A stretch of DNA of 64,000 nucleotides from Tubulanus polymorphus (Eukaryota > Animalia > Nemertea): positions 15,718,485 to 15,782,484 of the forward strand of contig NC_134027.1 of assembly GCF_964204645.1 (NCBI RefSeq), read 5' to 3'. The position numbers and the translations under genes are program-made. Shown in pieces: positions 25,699 to 36,735 of this stretch. The notes below the pieces were generated by a model. That model was not told where the DNA came from, ran no database searches, and saw only the letters and a program-made list of their open reading frames with translations. Each line of letters starts with the position of its first letter. Positions within the stretch are counted from its first letter, which is position 1.

Positions 25699-25920
25699 AT
25701 GAGTGATAATAAGTGGATAATAACTGGATTATATAATGGAGCATTACTATCAGTTGGAACTGTTGGTTATTCAATGGTATTAAAAAAAGTATTTAAAATG
25801 GGAAGTGTTAATGTTGATAGATTTGATATAAATGATATTTTAAAATTAACATTAGCAGTTACTTTATCTAATTTAACTATTGATTATTTAGAAAAGCAAA
25901 AATATATTCCTCCAATATAA
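25699..25920 (+). CDS. Small hydrophobic Polinton protein
   Basis: 73 aa with two hydrophobic helices and an ending DYLEKQKYIP. Conserved in copy A. Confidence 0.75.
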   Translation: MSDNKWIITGLYNGALLSVGTVGYSMVLKKVFKMGSVNVDRFDINDILKLTLAVTLSNLTIDYLEKQKYIPPI

Positions 25921-26367
25921 ATGCATAATTATTTTCCTAAATTAATGGCTTCTGCAATTATAACTATTATAGGATCGGCAATTGTTAACGCTTTAGCATT
26001 TACTGGTGGTGGATGTTTATTTAAACATATTGATAAAAATGGTTCATTAGAAGAACAAAAAAGACATAACTTAGCATTAGAGAAATACAATAAAGCAGCA
26101 GAAGAATATAGAGAAAAGAGACAAAACTATATGGATTATATTAACAAGGAATTATATGATCAGAAGATTTCACATAGAGATTTTCAATCAGTTGATGATG
26201 CAATGAGTTTATATAACGCAGTAACAAATAAAGAAAAATTACATCTATACAAACCTAAATTATCAGATTATTATACCCCAAGTAATGAACAGAAGAAATA
26301 TGAAATAATTTGGATTTTAGGTGGAACAGTTATTGTTATATTTGTTGCTTATAAGTTTACTAATTAG
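25921..26367 (+). CDS. Polinton membrane-associated protein (N-terminal hydrophobic helix, coiled coil, C-terminal TM)
   Basis: MASAIITIIGSAIVNALAFTGG...EEQKRHNLALEK...PKLSDYYTPS..QKKYE followed by a TM segment. The true start is probably Met9. Confidence 0.8.
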   Translation: MHNYFPKLMASAIITIIGSAIVNALAFTGGGCLFKHIDKNGSLEEQKRHNLALEKYNKAAEEYREKRQNYMDYINKELYDQKISHRDFQSVDDAMSLYNAVTNKEKLHLYKPKLSDYYTPSNEQKKYEIIWILGGTVIVIFVAYKFTN

Positions 26368-26387
26368 TAATTTTTTTTGCTAAATAA

Positions 26388-26821
26388 ATGGAAGATAAAG
26401 TTGATAATATTGACATTATTCCTCATGATATAAATAAAACTAAATTTAAAACATATTTAGAAAAACAAATATTAGAATTTGAAAGTGACTTAAAGATAAA
26501 AAAGAAAAAATATTTAAAAGTAAAATTATATATTATTTGATTATAAGTGGTTCGGTTACAATTAGTTCTGTAATAACATTTCTAGCAATATTCAGTCCAT
26601 TAACACCTTCAGCTATATCAATTGGTGTATTAGGATTAAGTTCAAGTGTTTTAACCGGTATAAGTTCAAAATTAAATATAAAAAGTAATAAAGAAAAAAT
26701 TAAAACTAATATAAAAGAAATTAATAAATTGAAGAATACACTAGATTAAATAATAAGTTTAAATGGTCATATAACAGTTGAGGAACAAGATAAATTATTA
26801 AAAGAATTAATAAATTATTAA
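26388..26821 (+). pseudogene. Two-TM Polinton protein with a premature stop
   Basis: ATG at 26388 (TAAATG), a hydrophobic hairpin, and TAA at 26747 in frame with the continuation seen in copy A. Confidence 0.65.
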
Positions 26822-26837
26822 TTTATTAATTATATAA

Positions 26838-28162
26838 ATGGCAGATAGTTTTCCAAAAGCTTTCCAATATAATAAATCAATTAAATATAATATTCCAGCA
26901 ATAGATTTTGATAAAGATATTACATATAGAAATGAAGTTTTAAATTCATTAATTGATTTATATATTTATGTTACTGAAAGTAATAATTTTCATGTAAAGA
27001 TGGAAAATATATTTCATGTGTATACAATTCATTTCAAAAATTTAAATGAGGCAAAACAATGGTTATTAAAATCTAATATGAAGTATTGGCAGAACCAATT
27101 AAATTTTGCTGTTTAATGCGCAACAACAGGATGTGGAATTAGTTGGAATGATCATTTAAACAAACCAAGTTTACCATTGATGTTATCACTTTTTAGATTT
27201 CATACATATTTTCAAATAAAATTAATATTAGATGAATTAGAATGTCCTTTACCAGGTTCAAAATATTTTAAAGAATTGTATAATAATATTAATTTTTCTA
27301 AGTTTTATAAAATATGTAATGAATTTAATATTAATTCAAATAAAGATTTTAGATCAAATATTGGAACAATGGGTGGATTAGGAATATTATATACTAAAGA
27401 ATTTGGAAAAATAATGACAAATTCAGATATAAGAACACTAAATTGGAATGAATTACCAAAATATTATAATGATATACAACAACAAAACAATAATGGTTGG
27501 GTTAATTTCATTTTAGAAAATAGTGAAGGTTTTACTAAAGCTGGAATACAAAGAATAAATCAATCTATTAGAACTTATTTGATATGTATTTTAGGTGCGC
27601 AAGTTGAAACAAGATCCCCAATAATTGGAAATGATAACACTTCATTCGATGTGCAGAAACAGTTTAAAGTTTTATTGGAAGATTCCATTCACAATGATAA
27701 AAATAGATCGATTCCGGAAAACATTGTAAGATATCAAAATTATTTAGATAAATCACATATTAGATTAAATTATTGTATAGGCCCTAATCTATTTATTATT
27801 CTAATGATTTAGTATTAAAGGTGGGAAACATAATTGGTTATAATAATCTAATTAAAACTGCAACAATAAATAATTCATTTGGATTAAATGATATAAATAA
27901 AAAGATTATTACTGCTCCAAAATTAATGGAAGGTGAAAAAAATAAAAAACACATTCAATCAACTGAAACTAAAACTAATAATATTAAATTAAATAATGAT
28001 TATAAAATAAAAGATTACAATACATCAGAAAATATTAAAACTGATATTATTCAACATGATATAATTAAACTAAATGATGATGATAAATCCCATGAAAATG
28101 CTAAATTAGCTTTAACTTGTATAGGAATTGTAATCGGAGGAATATTATATTTTAAATTTTAA
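26838..28162 (+). pseudogene. Conserved Polinton protein (WQNQLNFAVxCATTGCG family) with C-terminal TM, disrupted
   Basis: Fragments 26838-27116, 27177-27812 and 27821-28162 join into one gene by comparison with copy A. Confidence 0.8.
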
Positions 28163-28178
28163 TTTTTGTATTATGTAA

Positions 28179-29782
28179 ATGGCAGAAGGCGGAGAAGATA
28201 TTCCAATGGAAAACAGGGGAAATAATGATGATGCCAATACTAACAATGATGATTATATGACTGCTGATACTAATATTGATAATGATAATGATACAACATA
28301 TAATTCTAATTTAGCAGATAGTGGTTCTAAAGCCCCATCAACAGAAGAAAATGATAGAAGAATTAGATCGAGAATACCTACTGAAAATTTAGACCCAGGT
28401 TTAGAAAGAGAAAATTATGAAAATTATGAATTTAAGTATGAATTTCAACATGTTTTTAAAGAATCTGGATATAATATAAATGATAGAGGCGCCAGACTTT
28501 TAGTGAAAAAATTAAAACTTTTTAAAGGTAAATATTATTATCGTTTGGATGGTGATTATTATATTGATATCACTGATCAAAGAACAAAACTAAATAAAAT
28601 ATTAGCGGAATCAACTTTGAGAAAATTAGGTTCAGATAAAATTAAGAGAATAAGTAATAGTAATGAAATAACTGATGTTACACAAGAAGAAAGAGATGAT
28701 AATATAAGAGTATTTAGTCAAAGAATTGATGACTTATTTAAAATAATCAAATATAATCCAGAAACAGAAATGGAAGATAGAGATTATAGAGATCGATTAA
28801 ATAAATTAAGATCTTCAACACCAGAAACATCGAGAAGAGATATTCAACAAATTGATAATGATTCAAATCAATTACAATTAGGAAAACATTTAGATAACTT
28901 ACTGGATACAATGAATTCATTTGAAGAAGATATGATTAGTGTTTTAGATACACCCGGTACTGAAACTGGAATAAATCGAATACAATCTTTACTAGAAAAA
29001 GGATTTCTTAAATTAACTGATGAAGAATTAGAAACATTTCCTGAAAAAGCACGTAGAGAAATTAAAGGTATACAAGTATCAGCTGATGAAAATGCTTATA
29101 TTAAGATGAGATTTTCTAAATTACCATGTTAGAAAAAGAATTAGCTATTGCAAATGAAAAATTAGAACAATTAAAATTAGATAAAAATCTTCAATTAATC
29201 GAGGAAGCTGATTATGAAAGCAGAAAGTTAGCTTTAGTAAAAGAAATAGATGATTTAAAATATAACAAAGAATTACAGGAAAAAGAAAGAGATATATTAT
29301 TAAAATCATATGATCTTAATCATATTAAAAAATTAAAAGTTATTTTTAAAGATTTGTTGATTAAACCAAATTCTAAAATACCATTAAAAGACAGAATAAG
29401 ATTATTATTTAAGTTAGAAGGTATAACAATTCTTTCAATTCTAACATCTGTAACTATGTTATTTACAACAATTGGTTTAGCAATATCAAATGCTTTAAAA
29501 TCTACTCCTACTCCAAATAAACCGGATAAACCCCAAGATAATAATTCTATACAAGATAAAGTTAAGGATGGTTTAAAGAAATTAGCAAAATATTTATGGG
29601 AACTATCTAAAAAATCTGCTGCAGCATTGCCAGGAGTTATTGCATCAATTGTTGGTTTTATATTGAAATCTGCAGGAAACATTATCAACTTTGCTGCTGA
29701 ACATATTATTTTATTTTTAATTACAGTTGTAAGTGCTATTATTTTTGGGTTAGTAAATATGATATCAAAAAATATCAAGTAA
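28179..29782 (+). pseudogene. Large coiled-coil and hydrophobic-helix protein (putative membrane-penetration protein), one frameshift
   Basis: ORFs 28179-29132 and 29126-29782 are contiguous in copy A (KMRFSKITMLEKEL). The C-terminus has ITILSILT...LPGVIASIVGFIL hydrophobic helices. Confidence 0.75.
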
Positions 29783-29822
29783 CCATGATCAAAAATAAAT
29801 AATTAATTTTTTTGTTAAATAA

Positions 29823-31070
29823 ATGAGTGGGAGTTATATAAATCCTTCTAAGAATCATAGAATATCTAATGCTATTAAAGCAGAAAGATCACATCATATA
29901 ATTACTCATAACCCTTCTAATATTAATCCCGATGAAACTTTATATGTTAGAATCCCTCGATTAACACAAAATACTTTTTATGTTCCAAATAGTATTTATT
30001 TATCAGCTGATATAAAAGTAATCGGTAATAGTAATAATTATGTTGTTGATAATGTTGGAAGATATTTGATTAAAAAATTAACTATAAAGATTGGTCCAGA
30101 AACAGTTTTCTCATTAGATGATTATAATTTATTTATGCATTATAAAGATTTATGGTTAACTAAAGAAAATAGAAATAATATGATATTTCAAGGCATCCAA
30201 TCAGAAAACCAAAATAAATTAAGATCTGAAGCCAATAATGCAGTAGTAACTAATGCTGTAGATAATTTGATAAAAAAGATTTATGGAAGCAAATATAAAA
30301 TTCCATTAGACTATGAATTGATAAATAATAATGCACCTTTATATAAATACGCAATTCAAGAAGATGTTATATTCGAAATAACATTTGCTCCTGTTAATGA
30401 AATTGTATTATCAAGTGTTGTTAAAGATATGAGTTATAAATTATCGAATATATGTTTACAATATGATTCAGTAACTGATGGAAATATTTCAAGTATAATT
30501 CAAACTCAATACAATCAAGGATTTTCATTATTATATGATTATATTGATAAATTTAAAACTGTAACTATTAATGCAAATGATGAAATTATTAATGAGAATA
30601 TTCACTTCCCAAGAAGATCTATTAAAGGTATATTAATATTTTTTACCATTGCAACATATACTAATGGTGCAATAAATGTTGATAATTATTATAATCCTGA
30701 AATAACAAAAGTAGAAATAACTATCGAAGGAATAGCAAATAAAATATTTTGTCAAGGAATGAGAATGATTGATCAATGGCCAGAAATTAGAAAACATTTT
30801 ATGAATGAAAAAGTAAAATCATCTGAAAATTGTAATATTAATCAAATTGATTATTATACCGGTAATAAATATGCATTATGGTTAGAATTTAGAACAACAG
30901 AGGATAATTCATTACATGGTTCTGGAATAAAATTACAAAACACTAAAGATGGAATACAATTATTCATGACAAAGAAAAAAGGAAGCCTAAATTTCAAAAT
31001 GCACATTTATATTATATCTGACGCGCAATTAAATATTGTAAATTCACAATTAGATAGTGTTATGTATTAA
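29823..31070 (+). CDS. Major capsid protein (double jelly-roll), intact
   Basis: 415-aa beta-rich ORF with N-terminal NPSNINPDETLYVRIPRL...VPNS.YLSA and C-terminal HGSG and DAQLNI, typical of animal Polinton capsids. It sits in the structural block. Confidence 0.8.
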   Translation: MSGSYINPSKNHRISNAIKAERSHHIITHNPSNINPDETLYVRIPRLTQNTFYVPNSIYLSADIKVIGNSNNYVVDNVGRYLIKKLTIKIGPETVFSLDDYNLFMHYKDLWLTKENRNNMIFQGIQSENQNKLRSEANNAVVTNAVDNLIKKIYGSKYKIPLDYELINNNAPLYKYAIQEDVIFEITFAPVNEIVLSSVVKDMSYKLSNICLQYDSVTDGNISSIIQTQYNQGFSLLYDYIDKFKTVTINANDEIINENIHFPRRSIKGILIFFTIATYTNGAINVDNYYNPEITKVEITIEGIANKIFCQGMRMIDQWPEIRKHFMNEKVKSSENCNINQIDYYTGNKYALWLEFRTTEDNSLHGSGIKLQNTKDGIQLFMTKKKGSLNFKMHIYIISDAQLNIVNSQLDSVMY

Positions 31071-31102
31071 AATTTTAACTTTAATAAATATTTATTATAT
31101 AA

Positions 31103-32188
31103 ATGGAAGGAGGTAAAGTATATAAACATATTCCATATATCGATACACATGAAAATAATGATGGTTTATATTATGTAATACCTTGTAATATAGCTTTGAT
31201 ATTTGATCCTATTTTCAAAATTTATAAAACTAAACTAATAGAAATCAATAATAATAAAAGTGGTGTTGTTGATAATTTAAGTAATGTAATTGATAATAAT
31301 GTAATACCTTCTACATCTAATAATGTAATTCCTACTACATCTAATAATGATAAGATTGAACCTGATATCAAAACCAAAAAGACAAATGAAAAATATTGTG
31401 ATGTATGTAAGAAATATATATCATATAAAAATTGGGCATCACATAAGAAATCAAATAAACATATAGAAAAAGAAAATAATAATGATAATAATATATCTGA
31501 TAATAATATAATAGATAATATCATAGATAATGTTAATACAATTGAAACAAATGATACCATAGATAATATAACAGATAATGTTGATACAATTGAAACTAAT
31601 GATAATGAAACAATTGATGATTCTAAAAAACATTGTAACATTTGTGATTTAGATATTTGTAAAGGTAATTTTTCTAAACATAAAAAATCTCAAGCGCATA
31701 TCGAAAATGAAAGGAAGTTAGAAGAACATGAAAAGAAATTAGAAGAAATAGAAATAAATAAAACGTGTCAATATTGTAATAAAAAAATTGAACCTGTTGA
31801 TGAAAATACTCATTATAAATCAAAGTTACATCTAATTAATGTTTATAAAATGGTGAGTATGATACCATTGTTAAATAACCCAAATAAATATATCAAATAT
31901 TATAATCCTAAAACTAACCAATATTATATATTCTATTAGTTGTTATTTGATAAATTATTAGCTTATGCAGAAGATAATCCTAAACAAATATATAAATTAT
32001 TATATTTAAGAAAAATAGATTTAAGTTATCTAATAAATAATTTTGGACATCATTTTGATATTGATTATGATGATTTTGATGAATACTTAGAAAAATTAAG
32101 AGAAAAAGCTAATTTACCTACTAATAATTATGTTAAGATGGCTCAATTAAAATCAATAAATCTACCTTTTAAGACTTTTGGTGAATAA
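31103..32188 (+). CDS. Multi-C2H2 (U1/matrin-type) zinc-finger protein; probable in-frame continuation past the TAG at 31937-31939
   Basis: Fingers CDVC...HKKSNKH, CNIC...HKKSQAH and CQYC...HYKSKLH with Asn/Asp repeats. ORF 31940-32188 follows in the same frame. Confidence 0.75.
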
Positions 32189-32268
32189 GATATAAACAGA
32201 GATGATTTTATAAATATATTAGAAACAAAATTAGAATAATTATTATAAAACTAATTTATATAACTATA

Positions 32269-32808
32269 TACTAGACGTACGAGTAAGAATCCAAGAATCC
32301 AAGAATCCAAGAAATCTTACTTTCTTACTCGTACGTCTAGTACATAAATATATATAATAGTTTTCATAAAAATTAAAAACATAAAATTATTAATCTAAGT
32401 ATAGAAATAGTTATAATATAATCTATTTTTATTATTATTAAGAGAAAACATATAATTTATTCATTTTTATATAATTCATTTAATAATTTATATATCTATA
32501 TACTAGACGTACGTAAGAATCTAAGAATCTTACTTTCTTGGCAAGAATCTTACTTTCTTACTCGTACGTCTAGTACATAGATATTTATAATAATTTTCAT
32601 AAAAATTAAAAACATAAAATTATTAATCTAAGTATAGAAATAGTTATAACATAATCTATTTCTATTATTATTAAGAGAAAACATATAATTTATTCATTTT
32701 TATATAATTCATTTAATAATTTATATATCTATATACTAGACGTACGTAAGAATCTAAGAATCTTACTTTCTTGGTAAGAATCTTACTTTCTTACTCGTTC
32801 GTCTAGTA
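32269..32808. repeat. Three hairpin-bearing tandem units (period ~233 bp) between the convergent gene blocks
   Basis: TACTAGACGTACG..TAAGAA...TTCTTACTCGTACGTCTAGTA at 32269, 32501 and 32734. The first has a perfect 21-bp stem. Confidence 0.92.
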
Positions 32809-32854
32809 CATAGATATATAAATTAGTTTCTATAATATTCAAAATTATAAATAG

Positions 32855-33466
32855 TTATTTTATAAATTTATATTCATATGGAAATTGTAATCTCAGTAAT
32901 AATTTTGAACCTTTATTATTCTTTAATTTATTCATATATTCATCATGTAATTCAGTAGGTATAATTTGATTTTCTTCCAATGATTGTTGCATAGATTTTT
33001 TATCTTTGTTATAAAATAAAACTAGAAATCGAATGTTTTCTCTAAAGTCTTTAACAATTGAATTATATTTTTGATTTAAAACCCATGTTGTTATCCCGAA
33101 ATGTCTTCCAGAGAAAGCTAAATAACATAACTCACTTTCTCTCACTTTTGAATCATGTAAATTTGCGCAATCATCTATAATGAATAATGTATTTGATCCT
33201 TTATAAGTATCAATTGCTATTTTAATAAAATTATCTAAATTTTCTTTTACTGTTTTAGGATTTAATATAATAAACTTTTTTATCTTAACTATATCTCTAT
33301 TATATGTTTTATTCATTTCATAAGTAGGACAGAATAATATTATATTATCAAAATGATTCTTATAAATAGTTTCTAACAAGTCTAATATGAAATGTGTTTT
33401 ACCACAATTGGTTACTCCAGTTATTAACATATTGTGCGGTTCAAATATGGATAAATCTTTATTCAT
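32855..33466 (-). CDS. A32/FtsK-family genome packaging ATPase, intact
   Basis: Walker A GVTNCGKT, Walker B LFIIDD, arginine finger GRH and sensor LNQ. Confidence 0.92.
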   Translation of the reverse strand: MNKDLSIFEPHNMLITGVTNCGKTHFILDLLETIYKNHFDNIILFCPTYEMNKTYNRDIVKIKKFIILNPKTVKENLDNFIKIAIDTYKGSNTLFIIDDCANLHDSKVRESELCYLAFSGRHFGITTWVLNQKYNSIVKDFRENIRFLVLFYNKDKKSMQQSLEENQIIPTELHDEYMNKLKNNKGSKLLLRLQFPYEYKFIK

Positions 33467-34577
33467 TTATTATTTTAATTTTACTAGATAAAATCCATTC
33501 ATTAAACTTATCATCGTATCCTTTATATTTCACCAACGAATATTTTTTTCCTTTAAGAGTTTTTGTTTTCAATACTTTTTCTATTTTGTATTCTATTTCA
33601 TCTGGATTTGGTACAAGTGATAATTCTTGTTCATAGAAATAACCTAATATTTCTTCATCTTTTAAATCTTCTAATTTATAAACAAATGGTTTAGTTAATA
33701 TTATCTTTTTAATCTTGAATATTTCTTCAGTAAAATTTGGGGTATAACCTTTATAAAAGGTTTTTCTATATTTAGATATTCTTACGTGTTGTCCAATTTT
33801 AAATTTAGGTTCTCCAAAATCATGTGTAACAAATGCTCCATATAAATTATTTCATACTATTTCCGAATTATCTTCTTTTCTAGCTTGTATAGGTTTCATA
33901 TTTATAGAACAATGTTTAGAATTATTATAACCTTTCACTAAATCATCTAATACATCGATATATTCATATGTTTCATTAGCAGTAAAATATTTCCACATTC
34001 TAGTTTTCAATGTTTTATTAAATCTTTCTATAATAGATGCTTTTTTATCTGAATGTGTTGAAAAATATTCTACATCGTTATCAGATAATAGTTTTTTGAA
34101 ATGTTTGTTATAAAATTCCTTACCTTCATCAAATTGTATCTTATCTGGAATAGCTTCTTTAAATATTGATTTAAAAGCATTTGTTACTTCTATACCAGTT
34201 TTATTTTTGATTGGAATTGACCATGCGTATCTACTGAATATGTCTATAACATTTAATATCCAGAAATATCCTTTGTTGTATTCTTCTAAGTTCTTCATGT
34301 CAATTAAATCTGCTTGCCATTGTTGATCGATATATGAAACCATAACTTTTCTTGTTAAATAAGTTTTATCCATTTTCTTGTGGATTTGATATGTTGGTTG
34401 ATTTTGTAACCATGATTTTAGTTCACTATATTTTATATCACCGTGTGGGTGCCATACGGCACCATTACCATTTTCATTATCAGATTTAATTTTATTCCAT
34501 AATTCTGAAACGTTAGAATATGATACTTCACTTTCTGGGTTATAATATAAATCTCTTAAATATTGTTCTTTTTTCAT
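33459..34577 (-). pseudogene. Polinton rve integrase with C-terminal chromodomain; single TGA at 33852
   Basis: QADLIDM, IQFDEGKEF and IERFNKTLK catalytic motifs. Beyond the stop the frame reads FKIGQHVRIS...FYEQEL...YKIEKVLK...LVKYKGY...NEWI. Confidence 0.93.
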
Positions 34578-34598
34578 CTTATTTTAATCCATTAATAA

Positions 34599-34955
34599 TT
34601 ATTTAGATTTAGTTTCAATGGCTTTATTATTTGACTTATTTTCTGGTATGATAGGTTTATTATCATTGGAATCATTATTGTTATAATCAGATTTATACTT
34701 ATATTTATATATTACACCGGATAATATAATAACTGTTACTAATCCAATTGTAATATATAATTTATAATTACTTCCAGCATTAGAAGAATCAGATGGATTA
34801 TTATTTGAATCAATATCAGATAAAGTCTGTGATTCATTTATATCAGTTAATTTCTTTTTCTTAGCTTTTTTTAATTCTGAAGATCTTTTACCTAATTCTC
34901 TTGCCCATATAATTTGTTTCTCGGATCTAGGCTTTTTCTTAACGCCATCACTCAT
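34599..34955 (-). CDS. Small basic single-TM Polinton protein
   Basis: Homologue of 7612-7950. Confidence 0.7.
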   Translation of the reverse strand: MSDGVKKKPRSEKQIIWARELGKRSSELKKAKKKKLTDINESQTLSDIDSNNNPSDSSNAGSNYKLYITIGLVTVIILSGVIYKYKYKSDYNNNDSNDNKPIIPENKSNNKAIETKSK

Positions 34956-35556
34956 TTATTTTAGTTAATTTTTGTTCTGATTCATTTTCTGTTTCGACGT
35001 TTGGTTGTAGTATAGCGTCATCTGTTTCGTTCTTACCTGATTTATATTCCATAGGCTTGATGTTCGAAAATGTTATGACACCAGTAGAAATTAATGTCAT
35101 AACCGATCCTAATTGAAATGAAGCGTAACCAACCCATTTTTGTAATTCAGTCATAACTAAGTAGTCATTTTTCAAATCACTATATAATTTATTTTCATCA
35201 TTAATTGGTATTAACTGGTTACATAATTTTGAATAACATTTGATAATACCATCTGAAATAGAATCATTTATTCTAGCTAATCTAGCTTCTTCGTAAATCT
35301 TAAAATATGTTATTACTTTATCGGGTTTCATAGAGTCTAGTTCTTGAAAAGTAATGATTCTATTTAAAAACTCCTTAGTTTTTCCACCGGCAATCAATAG
35401 TTCTAGATGATGCTTACAATATAAATAGTATTCATAATCTATATTACAATTAACTTGAGCACAATTAGTTACAACTGTATCTTTATTATCGCTTATACCC
35501 AAATCATCTAATGTCTTTTCAATATCAATACTATTCTTATTAGATTTCTTTGACAT
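34948..35556 (-). CDS. Conserved Polinton hypothetical protein
   Basis: Intact 202-aa ORF with a homologue in copy A. Confidence 0.75.
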   Translation of the reverse strand: MSKKSNKNSIDIEKTLDDLGISDNKDTVVTNCAQVNCNIDYEYYLYCKHHLELLIAGGKTKEFLNRIITFQELDSMKPDKVITYFKIYEEARLARINDSISDGIIKCYSKLCNQLIPINDENKLYSDLKNDYLVMTELQKWVGYASFQLGSVMTLISTGVITFSNIKPMEYKSGKNETDDAILQPNVETENESEQKLTKINE

Positions 35557-35803
35557 TTATATTAGAGAAAAAAAGCCAAAAAAAATATTATAAGTATTAT
35601 AAAATGATACCAGTATCTCTTTAGATTAATACTAGCTTAGTTAAAGGTAAAGAATTTTAGTATTAGTTATTGTTTTTTTAGTATTTTTTATTTGTGATAT
35701 AAAGTATTCTTTTTTGAAAAGAAAATATTAAAAATATAATAGAATTCACTAGCAGTTAAAGTTATTGTTTTTTCATCATATTTTATTCAAATTCTATTAT
35801 TCT

Positions 35804-36475
35804 TCAACCACTCATTAAAGACTCAACGTATTGTTCATTAGTTGGATCATTGTTCCATTGATCAATAAATTTCTTTGCCTTTGTTAACTGTTCTAAATAT
35901 AACTGTAAATCTAGTTTATTAGATTTAATTATGTTTTCCTTCTTTTCTAAAGGTCTTAGATTCTTCCAATTCCAAATAAGTTTTTTATTGTATTCATCAT
36001 TCATGTTAAATTTAGATATTGGTAACACGTGATCAATATGGTAATAATCCCCATAATTATCTATATTCATTTTATCATCGAATTGAAATATAATCCATGA
36101 TTTGAGAAATTCATCTGTACAACCCAACAAATTATATAATGTTTCTGAATGTGTTTCTTTGTTGAATAATTGTGTTAATCTAGATCTTAAGCATTGTTTT
36201 AATCTAAAATTAAGATCTGTTTGATATCTTTCTCACATATATTCTGTCATATAATCATTATAAGCTTCTCTATTATCTTCTCGGTATTGTTTGGTATATA
36301 GTTTAAAACAAGTTTTACAGCAATATTGAAAACCATCTTTGCTAATCTTACGCTCACTAAATTCTGTTAAAACTAATTTATCTAATTCACATTTAGAACA
36401 CTTCTTGTAGTATATATTCATAACACCACCAGTGTTATTTGTAATATTGATAGTTTGTGGTTGTTCTGATTCCAT
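35804..36475 (-). pseudogene. HNH/endonuclease VII-like nuclease with an N-terminal Zn ribbon (large-DNA-virus type), frameshifted
   Basis: KKCSKC...F...KDG...CKTC, then LGC...L..W...QF...M...NYG..YHIDHVLP.S.F...W.NLRPL...EN..KSNK. Confidence 0.85.
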
Positions 36476-36735
36476 TTATTATACATATTTTTTACTAAAT
36501 TGATTTTAGAAGTTCAATGATTTATATCATGTATTATTTCAATCACACTTTACTAACACTTTTAATGTTTAAAAATCTAACTCACACAAATATGAATATT
36601 GAAATAATGTTGTAAATATATACTTTTATATCTATTCTACAAGAGCTCACACTTTACTCACACTTTTATATTGAATAATCTATCAATTTATATGTTATTC
36701 ATATATATTTTATTCATGTATATAAATATTTTAAG

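Noticed and set aside
29320-31641. Antisense ORFs over Polinton genes (also those over the BEL, Merlin and LINE ORFs)
   Set aside because: They are shadow frames of real genes on the opposite strand.
32269-32808. CRISPR-like repeat-spacer array
   Set aside because: The spacers are ~160 bp and near-identical, so this is a tandem repeat.
34578-34584. Baculovirus late promoter (ATAAG) before the integrase
   Set aside because: It is a single short motif in AT-rich DNA and is not shared by the other genes.
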